Origin: Thermoplasmata archaeon | GTDB taxonomy: Archaea; Thermoplasmatota; Thermoplasmata; Lutacidiplasmatales; UBA184 | Reading direction: 5' to 3' | DNA: 64,000 nucleotides | Assembly: GCA_022749815.1 (NCBI GenBank) | Contig: JAKIWV010000002.1 | Coordinates: 194,478-258,477 of the forward strand | Part shown: positions 18,365-28,824 of the stretch, piece by piece | Numbering within the stretch: position 1 is the stretch's first letter | How the letters are laid out: each line of letters begins with the position of its first letter | Program-made: the position numbers and the translations under genes | Notes under the pieces: generated by a model | What the model was told of the DNA's origin: nothing | The model's database searches: none | What the model saw: only the letters and a program-made list of their open reading frames with translations

Positions 18365-20224
18365 ATGAAAGAGCCGACGCCGCCCGCGGTCGATGACGAG
18401 CTCGAGGGGAAGATTGAGGCGATCGCTCGCATCGGAGCCTGCTACCATCCGACGATCGCCCCCGACGGCAGTGCGATTGCCTTTGTCTCGGACCTGAGCG
18501 GTTCCCCTCAAGTGTGGAAAGTCTCGGCGAAGGGCGGTTGGCCCGAGCAGCTCACCGCATTCGACGACCCGGTCCTTGGGGTGACTTGGTCTCCGAGCGG
18601 CGAGTGGATAGCGTTCTCGCTCGCTCCTGGGGGAGGAATGAACGGGCAAATCTGCCTCGTTCGGCCAGATGGGATGGGGCTAAGGCGACTGACCAAGGGG
18701 GGCCCGACGAACAACTGGCTCAATTGTTGGTCTCGAGACGGGCGACTTCTAGGATACTCCACGAACGAAAGCGACCCCTCACGGCTGGAGTGTGTCGCTA
18801 TGGAAATCCAGACGGGGGAATTGAAGGAGCTCGGTCACACTCCAGGAACCGGAGACGTTGTCGATTTCGCGCCGGATGGGAAGACCGCCCTCACCCTGGT
18901 CGACCCCCAGCGAGGTGATTCGAATGTCTACCTCGTCGACCTTTCCACCGGCAAGGCGAATCTGCTGACGCCACATGACGGAACCGCGAACATCAAACGC
19001 GCTCGCTTCGCTGCGGATAGTTCAACGATTTATCTATCCTGCAACCTCGGCTCGGATTTTATCCACTTCGCGCGATTGAAGCTCGGCCCCCGCCATACGC
19101 CGGGAGCCTTGGAAGTGCTCGCAGCGCGAGCCGACGCCGACTTGGAGTGGTTCGACGTGGGGGAAGACGGGCAAAGAGCGGCGCTGTTTTGGAATGTGGC
19201 GGGCCGTTGCGAAATGGACTTTGTCGACCTGAAATCCGGGAAGCTCACCAAGGGACCCGCTCTGCCAGGGGAAACTATTGACGGTCCGGTCTTCACCCGC
19301 GACGGCCAGACCCTGGTGTCGTCCTTCAGCGGTGCCACGTTACCGTGGAACGTGTGGGCGCTATACCCTGGCAGCCGCTCGTTCGAACAACTGACGCGGG
19401 CTCCCCATGCCGGCGTCCGCCTGGAGGAGCTGGTCCGCCCTGTGCTGCTCCAATTCAAGGGCGAAGACGGGCTGCCGTTATCGGGATGGCTCTACCGGCC
19501 GCGTGGATTCTCCTCCGCCATACCGGTCGTGATCAGCTTCCACGGCGGACCGGAGAGTCAGGAACGGCCGTACATCGACGCCACCTACCAGGCTCTGCTG
19601 ATTCAAGGAATCGGGGTTTTCGCGCCGAACGTCCGAGGGTCCTCCGGTTTCGGCAAGTCTTTCCTCAACCTCGATAACGGCCCACTCCGCGTGAATGCGG
19701 TTCTAGACATCGGGGCGTGCGTTCGGGCCGTCGTCGACGCTGGGGTGGCGGATCCCGCCCGAATTGGGGCGATGGGAGGGTCTTACGGCGGTTACATGAC
19801 CATGGCGGCGTTGACCGAGTTCCCCGACCTGTTCGCCGCCGGCGCGGACTTGTTTGGAATCGTCAATTTCGAAACGTTTTTCGCTCACAGCGAACCCTGG
19901 ATGGGCGCGGTCTCTAAAGCGGAGTACGGAGACCCCGAAACCCAGCGGGACCTGCTACGTGCACTATCTCCCATTCACAAAATTGACCGGGTGAGGGCTC
20001 CCACCCTGGTTCTCCACGGGGCAAATGATACGAACGTCCCGATAGTAGAAGCTCAGCAGGTGGTGGCCGAGCTCCGGAAACACAAGGTCCCGGTCGAGCT
20101 CATCCTCTTTCCTGACGAGGGACACGGCTTCGTGAAGACTCCGAATCGAATTCGCGCTACCCGGGAGATAGTTCGTTGGTTTGTCCTTCACCTCAAGGGG
20201 ACCCGAGCAGGCGATCTCCAGTAG
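18365..20224 (+). CDS. S9 prolyl oligopeptidase/acylaminoacyl peptidase
   Basis: Beta-propeller repeats, HGGP, PNVRGSSGFG, GGSYGG, HGANDTNV, DEGHGF. Confidence 0.95.
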   Translation: MKEPTPPAVDDELEGKIEAIARIGACYHPTIAPDGSAIAFVSDLSGSPQVWKVSAKGGWPEQLTAFDDPVLGVTWSPSGEWIAFSLAPGGGMNGQICLVRPDGMGLRRLTKGGPTNNWLNCWSRDGRLLGYSTNESDPSRLECVAMEIQTGELKELGHTPGTGDVVDFAPDGKTALTLVDPQRGDSNVYLVDLSTGKANLLTPHDGTANIKRARFAADSSTIYLSCNLGSDFIHFARLKLGPRHTPGALEVLAARADADLEWFDVGEDGQRAALFWNVAGRCEMDFVDLKSGKLTKGPALPGETIDGPVFTRDGQTLVSSFSGATLPWNVWALYPGSRSFEQLTRAPHAGVRLEELVRPVLLQFKGEDGLPLSGWLYRPRGFSSAIPVVISFHGGPESQERPYIDATYQALLIQGIGVFAPNVRGSSGFGKSFLNLDNGPLRVNAVLDIGACVRAVVDAGVADPARIGAMGGSYGGYMTMAALTEFPDLFAAGADLFGIVNFETFFAHSEPWMGAVSKAEYGDPETQRDLLRALSPIHKIDRVRAPTLVLHGANDTNVPIVEAQQVVAELRKHKVPVELILFPDEGHGFVKTPNRIRATREIVRWFVLHLKGTRAGDLQ

Positions 20225-20600
20225 CAACTTCCAGATACGGTGCCTTTGGGGGAGAATTTCTCACTCCTTCGAGATGGATTGCCGCGGTGGCCAAGGTCGA
20301 ATGTTAACGCTAGGGAGGGCGCAGCTAGCTCAGCGGAAGAGGACCTGCAGAAACTCGGATGCCTCCTCCCGTCTTTCTTTACGGGGCCCGGGGCGGTCCC
20401 TCAAACGCTGGTGAAATCTGCAGGGCCAACCACTGGCGCGGTTCGGTTAGGCGATTCGGCCTCCCACCCTTTTCAGTGGTGCCCGGACTCGGCCGCGCAC
20501 TCCGATGCCGCTCCCCGAGAGACTTCGGAACGGACCGGGCTGACTCCGTTCGATTCGATTTTTCCGCGGCCGTTAATCGCCGGTAGTATGGTATCTGGAA

Positions 20601-20632
20601 CCCACAACCGAGGGTGGGAACCCGTGCTCCCA
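20601..20632 (+). repeat. att-like duplication of tRNA-Trp 3' end (copy 2)
   Basis: CCCACAAC-CGA-GGGTGGGAACCCGTGCTCCCA, shared with 18196-18227. The last 12 nt equal the tRNA 3' end. Confidence 0.75.
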
Positions 20633-20706
20633 ATTTCCCTTCTCGCGGGTACACCCCCTGAGGACCCCCTCGGAGTCGATCCCGCGGCGCTGGCTCAACC
20701 ATTAAG

Positions 20707-21501
20707 ATGAGCGGCCCTTCCAGCGCCCGCGGAGCGGGGTCCATGGGATCGAAAGGGAAGGTGCTTCTGATTGCTGGAGTAGGGGCCGGCCTCGGGAGTG
20801 CGGTGGTAAGTGTTCTCGCCGCCACCGGCGCGACGGTGGTCGGTCTAGCCCGGAGTCGGTCGTCGCTCGACCCCCTTCAGAAACTGGCGGAGAGCCGGGA
20901 CTGGTCCTTCCGCGCGGCCACCGCCGACCTGCGGGTTCAGGCCGAAGTGAATGCCGTCGTGGACGGAGTGACGGCCGAGTTTGGACGACTCGACGGCGTG
21001 TCCGTCAATGTGGGACACTGGATGACCGGTGATACGCTCCTGCACCGTACGACCGAGGAGGAGTGGTCGACCGGGTTGCACGACAATCTCGACGCCATCC
21101 ATCGCGTGGGTCGGGCGGTGCTGCCCCCGATGATTAAGCAGGGACACGGCTCGATGGTGCTGGTCTCCGCGGCCGAGAGAGTCCGCCGGCTGGGGAACCC
21201 CTCCTACTGTGCCGCCAAGGGGGGGATTCTCGACCTCACCCAAAAGCTCGCGGCCGACTACCGGCCGTACGGCATTCGCTTCAATGCGGTTCTCCCCGGG
21301 AATATGGAGCATCAGCTCGGGGCGCTCGACCCGCCGGGGGGTGGTGACCCGATCCCACTGCGGAACAACTCGGGCGTCGATGCTTGGCAGGTGGCTCGGG
21401 CCATCCGATACCTGCTCCTCGAGGACGGCGAGTGGATTACCGGAGCTCTCCTGACGGTGGATGGGGGACAATCAACGGGCGGCACCGAAGCCCCGGCGTA
21501 G
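20707..21501 (+). CDS. SDR family oxidoreductase
   Basis: GVGAGLG Rossmann motif, YCAAK (YxxxK), IRFNAVLPG, WITG..L.VDGG. Confidence 0.92.
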   Translation: MSGPSSARGAGSMGSKGKVLLIAGVGAGLGSAVVSVLAATGATVVGLARSRSSLDPLQKLAESRDWSFRAATADLRVQAEVNAVVDGVTAEFGRLDGVSVNVGHWMTGDTLLHRTTEEEWSTGLHDNLDAIHRVGRAVLPPMIKQGHGSMVLVSAAERVRRLGNPSYCAAKGGILDLTQKLAADYRPYGIRFNAVLPGNMEHQLGALDPPGGGDPIPLRNNSGVDAWQVARAIRYLLLEDGEWITGALLTVDGGQSTGGTEAPA

Positions 21502-21669
21502 CCCAGGCTATGGACCCGGAATCATTCCGGGCATTCTGGCCCTCGGACGAAACCTGAGGTCCGGCTGATGCCCGCCCACCGGACGCCGAGTGGTGAGAGC
21601 CGTCGCCCTCTTCCGCGTAGAGCGCGAGCCAGATTCCACAGCGCCCGAGCGCGCGATCACGCTCGGGCT

Positions 21670-22224
21670 TCAGGTCGACTGTTTCTCGGCCTCTTCGAGC
21701 GCGGAGACCAGAGGACCGAACTCGGGATAGCCATCGTACCTCGAGCCATTGATGAAGAAGGTGGGCGTTCCATTGACACCGCTGCGTATGCCGCTCATGT
21801 AATCTTCTTCAATCCGGGTCAAATGGACATGCTGCGCGACTTCGTCTTTGAGCTTGGCCAAGTCCAGCTTGAGCGCCCGTTCGTACCGGGCAAAGAAGCC
21901 CTCGTCCCCCAACGATGACTGGTGCTCGTAGAGAAAATCGTGCAGCTCCCAAAACTTCCCTTGAGCCCCTGCCGCCTCGGCGGTCTCAGCCGCCCACTGG
22001 GCTTGTGGGTGCAAATTTGTGATCGGGAAATTCCTGAAGACGAATCGCAGCCTTTTTCCTAGGTTCTTCTGGATCTTTTTCACGATTGGATAGGCTGCCC
22101 CGCAGTAGGGGCACTGGTAGTCTCCGTACTCGACGAGCACCACTGGCGCATCGGAAGGCCCTTCGAAGTGGTCTCGCTCTCCCGCGGGCAATGTCAGTCG
22201 GGGCGATTTGTACTTCTGGGTCAC
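21670..22224 (-). CDS. DsbA-family (Thioredoxin_4) protein
   Basis: EYGDYQCPYC, FRNFP, GVNGTPTFFING. Confidence 0.92.
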   Translation of the reverse strand: MTQKYKSPRLTLPAGERDHFEGPSDAPVVLVEYGDYQCPYCGAAYPIVKKIQKNLGKRLRFVFRNFPITNLHPQAQWAAETAEAAGAQGKFWELHDFLYEHQSSLGDEGFFARYERALKLDLAKLKDEVAQHVHLTRIEEDYMSGIRSGVNGTPTFFINGSRYDGYPEFGPLVSALEEAEKQST

Positions 22225-22245
22225 TGCGGTACACTCAATGGATCG

Positions 22246-22740
22246 CTAGGCGCGCCTGAGTTTCTCCAACGCGGAGAGTATCCCGTCCGCGCCGGGGTTG
22301 ATCCCGTCCGGGGAGAGCAAGCTCCATCGGATGATCCCTCGTTCATCGATTACGAAGAGCGCCCTCGCCGATTCGCCGACCCGGGCTTGATAGGCCCCGT
22401 ACGCCCGGGAGACGGCCCCCTTCGGCTCGAAGTCCGATAAGAGTGGAAAGTTCAGTTTGCGGTCCTTCGCAAAGGCAAGATGAGTCCAGATCCCGTCGAC
22501 GGAGATTCCGAGGACCTCCGCATTGAACTTCTTGAACTGGGGCATGACCTGAGCGTACAGTCCCATCTGGTCAGTGCAGACCGGGCTCCAATCGGCGGGG
22601 AAGAAGGCAATCACTACCGGTCTGCCCAGGAAGTCTCGAAGAGATACGGTCTGGTCCGGGGTACTTTTCAGGGTGAAATCTGGCGCCTCGGAGCCGGGCT
22701 TCAAAATGGAGGGCGGTTTGTTCCGGACGGTGCTGGACAT
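22246..22740 (-). CDS. AhpC/TSA peroxiredoxin
   Basis: APDFTL, FFPADWSPVCTD, GISVD, FPLLSDF, R.LFVID. Confidence 0.9.
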   Translation of the reverse strand: MSSTVRNKPPSILKPGSEAPDFTLKSTPDQTVSLRDFLGRPVVIAFFPADWSPVCTDQMGLYAQVMPQFKKFNAEVLGISVDGIWTHLAFAKDRKLNFPLLSDFEPKGAVSRAYGAYQARVGESARALFVIDERGIIRWSLLSPDGINPGADGILSALEKLRRA

Positions 22741-23149
22741 TGGATGGTGCGGGGCGTGTCCAATATAAAAACGGGCCCTATCCTACATCTCATTTGCCCA
22801 ACACAGTGGTCGGGCCCGCGTGCCCGCGATGGGCCCCCCACTCGAGTCCCCCTCTGTTCCCCCATGGGCTGGTAGCGAGTCCATCTTGGGATGCGACCGG
22901 TTTTCTCGGAAGGTCCTCTGGCGATTCGGCCCTTACGCGGTCGCGGGAGCATTGCAGGCCCGTCCTGATATGGCGGCACGAGGTTGAGCAGTCACCCGCT
23001 CGCGCCAACCGTCACAAGGAACCTAAGGACGACAAACAGCACCGATGTTCCGAAGCCGATCGCCGGATCGAGAATCCCGATGGTCGCCGGGGGGTCGCGC
23101 CTTCTCTTCGCCGCGCCGTCTACCGGCATCCCATTGAATCCGGTCCCTT

Positions 23150-23575
23150 TCACGCGCGCTTCCCGAACCACCAGTCCTTCGAGTCGTCGGGCCAATTGAT
23201 GTCGATCACATCAAAGAGATTACCGTCCGGGTCGGCCAGCGTGACAAAGTCGTGCCCCGGCTCGGCTGCCCTCTCGAGCGTCGCTCCGAGGCGAAGAAGA
23301 CGCTCCACCTCTGCGCCCGGGTCCGAGGCATACAGATCGAGGTGGAGACGATATTCAACCAATGGGCCCTCAGAGGTCAGGCTCAGGTTCAGGTTGGGGC
23401 CGCGACCTATCGGGTCTCTCAGCATGACGCCGTCCGGTTGCGGGGGCTCCCGAGGAACGTAATGGAGGGCCTCTCCCCAGAACTCTATCATTCGAGGCAG
23501 ATCGGTGCAGTTCACAACGATTGAGCCGATCCAAATCTTGCTCCGCGCTGCCGGACCTTCCTCCTCCGAATCCAT
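23150..23575 (-). CDS. VOC/glyoxalase family protein
   Basis: FW.EAL.Y, RLHLDL, EVERL..LGA, LADPDGNLFDV. Confidence 0.88.
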   Translation of the reverse strand: MDSEEEGPAARSKIWIGSIVVNCTDLPRMIEFWGEALHYVPREPPQPDGVMLRDPIGRGPNLNLSLTSEGPLVEYRLHLDLYASDPGAEVERLLRLGATLERAAEPGHDFVTLADPDGNLFDVIDINWPDDSKDWWFGKRA

Positions 23576-23874
23576 GGAGTCCTCCGTGCCCGTTGACCCC
23601 CGACCCTTGTTCGAGTCATAACCCTCCCGTCTTGGAGCCGGTGCGACTCACTTCGCCGCGGTACTAGAAGAAACGGAGTGCTGCAAAGTACCGGTAGCTC
23701 GACTGTTCCCGGGAGGCCCGCGCGGTCCTCGCCGTCGCTCAGGGCGGAGGGGGCCGAGACCTCGCGGAGTGCAGGTGACCTGCGAGGGTCGACCCTTCGA
23801 GGGGTTCTGAGGGGGTTGGCCTCGGGACAGAGGGACGCCGATGTCGCCTTAGCGAGGGCGCACATGAGCTCCGC

Positions 23875-24278
23875 TTGACCAAGCAGGCCGTGGCTTCCGG
23901 TCGGCCCGCCGCCGCATCGAATCCCCTTCGTGGTGCGCTGCTCGACCACGTCCTGATTTTCGTTCACGACTTCGATCGAATGCTCCGATTCCATCGCGAT
24001 ACTCTTGGATTCAAGATGCGATACGGCAACGATCATTTCGCCGAGCTCTCGTCGGCCGAGGCGCGGGAATCGGGCTCCACGCCGGAACCGACAAGGGGGT
24101 AACCCGCGAGCCGAAGATGCTGATCGAATTCCGGGTCGCCGATATCGGCCGTGCGGTCCGGACCCTTCGGGCCCGCGGGGTGAGCCCGTCCCCGATCCGA
24201 AACGAGCCCTTCGGTCGGATATCCGAGCTTCTCGACCCGGAAGGGCACCGGATAGGCCTCGAACAATCGAAGCGATAG
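23875..24278 (+). pseudogene. Frameshifted VOC family gene
   Basis: The N-half (DHVLIFVHD...RDTLGF) continues after a shift near 24055 in another frame as GIGLH...IEFRVADI...DPEGHRIGLEQ, ending at TAG 24276-24278. Confidence 0.8.
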
Positions 24279-24511
24279 GACCCCCTAGTCTCCGCCGGGC
24301 GCTTCCCCGGGCCCTCGTCCCCGGCTCCCGCAAGTTGCCTCGCGAGTTGGCGGGAACGTCCCGTGGCGGCTGGCCCCACTCCGGGTCGACGGTCGACCCA
24401 CTCAGGCCACGGACAGAGGTTTATTTCCCGGGTCGCCATCGGTGACCCGGCCACAGGCGGGCTAATACGGGGGTTCTACCTCGGTTTCCCTTCTGCGGCG
24501 AGGATCCGAAG

Positions 24512-25102
24512 TTGAGCCAGCGGGGAACGTACGTAGTCATCGAAGGCATCGACGGGACGGGGAAGACTGAGCTCGCCTCCCGGTTGGTTCCACCCCTTCT
24601 GCGCCGGGGCCACTCCATTTCTAGCTTCCGAGAACCGACCGACAAGTTCCTCCGGGAGCAGTTCGCTCGGCTGAGAAAGCTGGATTCTCTCGCCGCGGCG
24701 CTCTGCTTCACCGTTGACAGGGAAATGCTCCGCCCCGAAGTGGAACGGGCGCTAGAGCACGGGGACGTGGTGATCCAGGACCGTTCTTTCTATTCGACGC
24801 TCGCCTACCAGTTCCCCGCGTTGAGCCCCGAGAGCTTCCGCGAGCTGGAACGGATCGAGGAGCAGCTCGCGATCGAGCCCGACATTGTGTTGTATCTGGA
24901 TGCCCCCGTCGACGTCGCGGTCAAGCGGGTGGAGGCTACGGGCCAGCTCGATCCCTTCGAGAGCCCCCCGTATCTCGAACGGGTGCACAAGAAGTTCGAG
25001 CAGATGTTCCAGGCCCCCCGATGGGTCCGCGTCGATGCCCGGGGCGACCCCGATCGAACTCTCCAGCACGCAATGAATGTCCTGATGGCGGCCGGGCTCT
25101 AG
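24512..25102 (+). CDS. tmk: Thymidylate kinase
   Basis: VIEGIDGTGKT, REP, DR..YSTLAYQ, PD.VLYLD. Confidence 0.88.
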   Translation: MSQRGTYVVIEGIDGTGKTELASRLVPPLLRRGHSISSFREPTDKFLREQFARLRKLDSLAAALCFTVDREMLRPEVERALEHGDVVIQDRSFYSTLAYQFPALSPESFRELERIEEQLAIEPDIVLYLDAPVDVAVKRVEATGQLDPFESPPYLERVHKKFEQMFQAPRWVRVDARGDPDRTLQHAMNVLMAAGL

Positions 25103-25325
25103 CCCGCGCGCTGTCGGTTCAATCGAACTCTACGAGGTACTCTCCGCGCCTCGGCGGACAGGGGATGGCCCGATAGGGTTCCGTCGCGCACGTCTCTCAA
25201 CTCCGAGCCCCGGGGAGCCCACCCCCGAGGGAGCTCGAGCATTGATCGGACCCCTTCAACAGCCCGAGCGCACCTCGGGGACCGAAGCAATAAGGGGCAC
25301 AGACCCTGTCACCCAGGAAGTCCCC

Positions 25326-25694
25326 ATGCACGCAAAGATCCCGGCTCCCGGTGCTACCGCCGTGAAGGCTTTCGAAGAACTGACGCCGGTGGGCCCCAAG
25401 ATCGGGGTCCGGAAGGTCTTCGGTCAGCCCGCGGCGTTCGTGAACGGGAATATGTTCATGGGCGTCTTCGGCGAGAAGGTTTTCGTGCGCCTCTCCGAAG
25501 AGGAGGGCAGAACGGCAAGGGAGCGCGAGGGCCTCGCGCCGTTCGAGCCGATGCCCGGGCGCCCGATGCGTGGGTACGTCGTCCTTCCCCCCAAAACGCT
25601 GTCCGATCGCGTCACGGCCCGGCAATGGGTCTCCAAGTCCCTGACCTTCGCGGCAGGGCTCCCCCCGAAGGTTCCGAAGCGACCCCGCGGCTAG
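25326..25694 (+). CDS. TfoX N-terminal-domain protein
   Basis: RKVFG..A.FVNGNMF.G...F.P..GRPMRGYV. Confidence 0.85.
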   Translation: MHAKIPAPGATAVKAFEELTPVGPKIGVRKVFGQPAAFVNGNMFMGVFGEKVFVRLSEEEGRTAREREGLAPFEPMPGRPMRGYVVLPPKTLSDRVTARQWVSKSLTFAAGLPPKVPKRPRG

Positions 25695-25742
25695 GGGGCG
25701 TCTGGCCGGACCGGCCCGTCGTGCGGTTATCTGCTCCCCGGC

Positions 25743-26459
25743 ATGTCTCACATTCGAGGGACAGCCGTGACGGAGCGCAGGGCCGGGCAGGGGGGGTTCA
25801 CGCCAGATTTCTTCCGTTTCCTTCGAGAGCTCGCCAAGAACAACCATCGGGAGTGGTTCAACGCGAATAAGGCCCGCTACGAGGCTTCGGTGAGGGACCC
25901 CTCGTTCGCCTTCGTCCGGGCCGTGGGACCCAAGTTGGCCTCCGTCAGCCGACACCTCGTTGCGGACCCGCGTCCAGTCGGGGGGTCGGTGATGCGAATC
26001 TATCGGGACATTCGGTTTTCAAAGGACAAGAGCCCGTACCGTACTTCCGTCGGCATTCATTTCATGCACGACGGCGGAACCGAGAACGACGAGCACCTCC
26101 CCGGGTTCTTCCTGCATCTTGCCCCGGCCGACTCATGGGTCTATGCCGGAGTGTGGCAACCGGAGCCGCCTCGACTCGACAAGATCCGGAAAGCCATCGT
26201 CGCCCGCGCGACGGATTGGAAAAAGGTCCGGGCCAGTATCCCCCCCATCGAGGGCGAGTCGTTGAAGCGTCCGCCGCCGGGGTACGACGCTACCCACCCG
26301 CTGATCGACGACCTCAAGCGCAAAGGGTTCAGCGCGGGGCTCCCGGTCAAGGACCCGGAGGTATCTGGTCCAAATTTCCCGGACCGGTTCGTAGTATTGT
26401 GCCAGAAGCTCGACCCGCTGAATCGCTTCCTCGCTCGGGCGATCGACGTCGCCTACTGA
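25743..26459 (+). CDS. DUF2461 family protein
   Basis: FLREL.KNN.REWF, RIYRDIRFSKDKSPY, LKRPP.GY. Confidence 0.9.
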   Translation: MSHIRGTAVTERRAGQGGFTPDFFRFLRELAKNNHREWFNANKARYEASVRDPSFAFVRAVGPKLASVSRHLVADPRPVGGSVMRIYRDIRFSKDKSPYRTSVGIHFMHDGGTENDEHLPGFFLHLAPADSWVYAGVWQPEPPRLDKIRKAIVARATDWKKVRASIPPIEGESLKRPPPGYDATHPLIDDLKRKGFSAGLPVKDPEVSGPNFPDRFVVLCQKLDPLNRFLARAIDVAY

Positions 26460-26488
26460 GGCTGGGCCGCCCCCCCCCGCGCGTCTTG

Positions 26489-26887
26489 TCAGGCCGGGGT
26501 CTCCGGAGCGGATTGCATGTCGCGCCAGGCGCAGTAAAGGATCAGGGCACTGACAACGAGGACCACTGCGGAAAGTGCCAGGGGCCCCGGCGGATCCGGC
26601 GGCCCCGCAACGGCCGAAAGGTCGAACAGGACGATTGCGACCGCCGCGGCCGCCACGATCAGCGCCAGGCGAGCGGTCCAGTCGGACATGCGACGCGCCG
26701 TTGCGACGGCGGCCAAGACCCCGGCAAAAATCAGGATGGTGAGTCCCAGAAAGACCGGCCCCGCCCACATGGCGTAGTCGGTGAACTTCCGAGTCTCGAT
26801 TCCGAACCCCGGTAGGGAAACGACGAACAGAACCGCCTCGACCAGTAACAGAGCGACGAGGGGCCTCCCTAGCTTCTTCGTGGCCAT
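26489..26887 (-). CDS. Four-TM membrane protein (GxETR family)
   Basis: Hydrophobic helices. GIETR and PP motifs shared with 30243-30683. Confidence 0.65.
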   Translation of the reverse strand: MATKKLGRPLVALLLVEAVLFVVSLPGFGIETRKFTDYAMWAGPVFLGLTILIFAGVLAAVATARRMSDWTARLALIVAAAAVAIVLFDLSAVAGPPDPPGPLALSAVVLVVSALILYCAWRDMQSAPETPA

Positions 26888-27016
26888 GGCCCGCGATAGA
26901 GCCGCCCCTACTTTTCGATTCCCAAACAGGCATCACCGCCCGCAGCGGCCCAGGGGGCCGACTCCCCGGCCCTACCCGCGAGGGCCTCTTCGCGGGGCAC
27001 CAAGCCCGGCCACGGT

Positions 27017-27517
27017 TCAGTAGTGATCCGGAATCGGCCCGTCCCACGGTTCTTCCGGGTGATCGTAGAGACAAATCAGATTGCCATCGGGATCCGGGAT
27101 GTAGGCGATCCGGTGGCCGGACGCCGGTGTCCAGACATCCTGCTCCATCGCCTGGGCCACGCGCGGGTCGGCTGTGGCCCGTTCAACCCCCGCCGGGTTC
27201 ACCCAGAGTTTCCGGTTCACGGGCAAGACCCCCCGGGCCTGCAGGCGCTCGAGCATCTCCGGTACACTCCTCACGCGCACCTCGATGTGATCGAGTCCCT
27301 CCCCAGCCACATAGGGGGCCCAGAACGGACTGGCCTCAGAATACCAGTTCAGCTCGAGCCGTTGGCCCGAGCGTCGGTCTTTGAGGAGCACGTACGCGCT
27401 GTCGTCGTCCGCTTCGCGCTTGAGTTCCACCAAGTCGAGGAGGCTCGAGTAGAACTCTATCGATCGTTCCAGGTTGGTGACCCGGATGCCGATGTCGCTC
27501 AGCCATGCATCGGCCAT
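27017..27517 (-). CDS. VOC/glyoxalase family protein
   Basis: IGIRVTNLERSIEFY, LELNWY, GLDHI, DPDGN.I.L. Confidence 0.88.
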   Translation of the reverse strand: MADAWLSDIGIRVTNLERSIEFYSSLLDLVELKREADDDSAYVLLKDRRSGQRLELNWYSEASPFWAPYVAGEGLDHIEVRVRSVPEMLERLQARGVLPVNRKLWVNPAGVERATADPRVAQAMEQDVWTPASGHRIAYIPDPDGNLICLYDHPEEPWDGPIPDHY

Positions 27518-27719
27518 GGAATCGAAAACCCCCCCGGCGGATTAGGGCTTGCGCTTGACTCACCCGGGTGCAAGCGGACGAGGATCCGGTGGCTCGTGCT
27601 CCCTCCAACGGAAACGGAATCTCCTCGGAGCTGGCCGACCGACCGGGAGCGACGCCACCGGGTGGAGGGGGCGGCCCTTAGCCCCCCGGACGGGACGAGC
27701 GAGCGCGCTCGACCCCGGC

Positions 27720-28574
27720 CTATCGGATGGTGATCGAGTTGAGGACCGCTCCCGAGCCAGGCCCAGCCATCGTAACGAGGCCAGACTCGCTCGCTCCGGT
27801 GAGTGACGCGTCATAGGTGTAATCGTACGCGTCGACGTACGAATACCAACTGACCTGAAGGATGTACACATGCGACGCGACGAGCCCTTTCGCGTGAATC
27901 GACCAAACGACCTTCTGGTTCACGCTGACATGCGAGTTCCCGGTCACGTTCGAAGTGCAGTTGCCGAGGTAGCAGGAGTCGTAGAGCGAGCTGGTCGCGG
28001 CGGCCCCCGTCCAAGGGGTGGTGCCGAACCAGTAAGTGAAGTTGGTCGTATCGATCAGGTAGGCGTACGCGTACAGTTGTGCGCTCGCGGCCGCGTAGCA
28101 GTACGAGAACGTGGTGTTGAGGAGAGCGCAAGTCCCGCCCGCCAGCTGCGACGCGATCGAAGCTTTGAGTGTCCATGTGGCATGGATGGAGTTCGTGCCC
28201 GAATGGGCGGGAATCGGTACCGAGACGGTCTCGGAGGCGGTGGTGTAGCCCGAGTCTCCGTAGAGCCCAGGACACGTGTTCGCGTGGGCTCTCTCGGAAA
28301 ACCCGAGTCTCCCGTTGGTCAGGTTGAAGAAGGGTGCCCGAACGATCTTCCCCACCCCGCAGCCGGCGCTCGACAGGGAGCTGGATGGATAGCTAGTCGC
28401 CCCGGTGAAGGGGGCTTTGATCGTTACTAGGGCCGTTCCTGATGCCGTCGCCTCGGCCAGCGGCGCGAGCAGCAAGAGCAGGGCGACCCCGAGAAGCCCG
28501 CTAGCCAAGAGCGTCGATCGCCATCGGCTAGTTCTCGCTTGCCAGCTCCCTTCACAAGTTCCGGATTCCTTCAT
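27720..28574 (-). CDS. Secreted Ser/Thr/Cys-rich protein
   Basis: Signal peptide (LLGVALLLLLAPLAEA), beta-rich S/T/Y body, paired Cys. Confidence 0.7.
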   Translation of the reverse strand: MKESGTCEGSWQARTSRWRSTLLASGLLGVALLLLLAPLAEATASGTALVTIKAPFTGATSYPSSSLSSAGCGVGKIVRAPFFNLTNGRLGFSERAHANTCPGLYGDSGYTTASETVSVPIPAHSGTNSIHATWTLKASIASQLAGGTCALLNTTFSYCYAAASAQLYAYAYLIDTTNFTYWFGTTPWTGAAATSSLYDSCYLGNCTSNVTGNSHVSVNQKVVWSIHAKGLVASHVYILQVSWYSYVDAYDYTYDASLTGASESGLVTMAGPGSGAVLNSITIR

Positions 28575-28824
28575 TCACAATTTTCCCCCTTTTGCGTTGG
28601 TCCCACAGCGCCGCCCCGATGTTCTGCGAGACCTTCCCCGTATCGAGCTCGGTGATATAATAGAAGGAGAGGTCGGATCACGGAGCCCCGCGACAGATTC
28701 CGCCCCCCGGGGAGCAAGTCGTCACAGTCATCGAGCGATCCGGCGCTGCCGACTCCGAGGGGCAGGTTCGAGGAAACCTTCGCGGGCGCGCACCTTTTTT
28801 GCCGAACCGGGGCTCCCCCCTCGC

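Noticed and set aside
20281-20360. tRNA-like 5' fragments (GCCGCGGTGGCCAAG; GCGCAGCTAGCTCAGCGGAAGAG)
   Set aside because: No anticodon stem, T-arm or matching acceptor strand could be folded; probably chance.
22860-23130. Minus-strand hydrophobic ORF with an in-frame TGA (possible read-through)
   Set aside because: No family motif or SECIS-like evidence; at most a degraded remnant.
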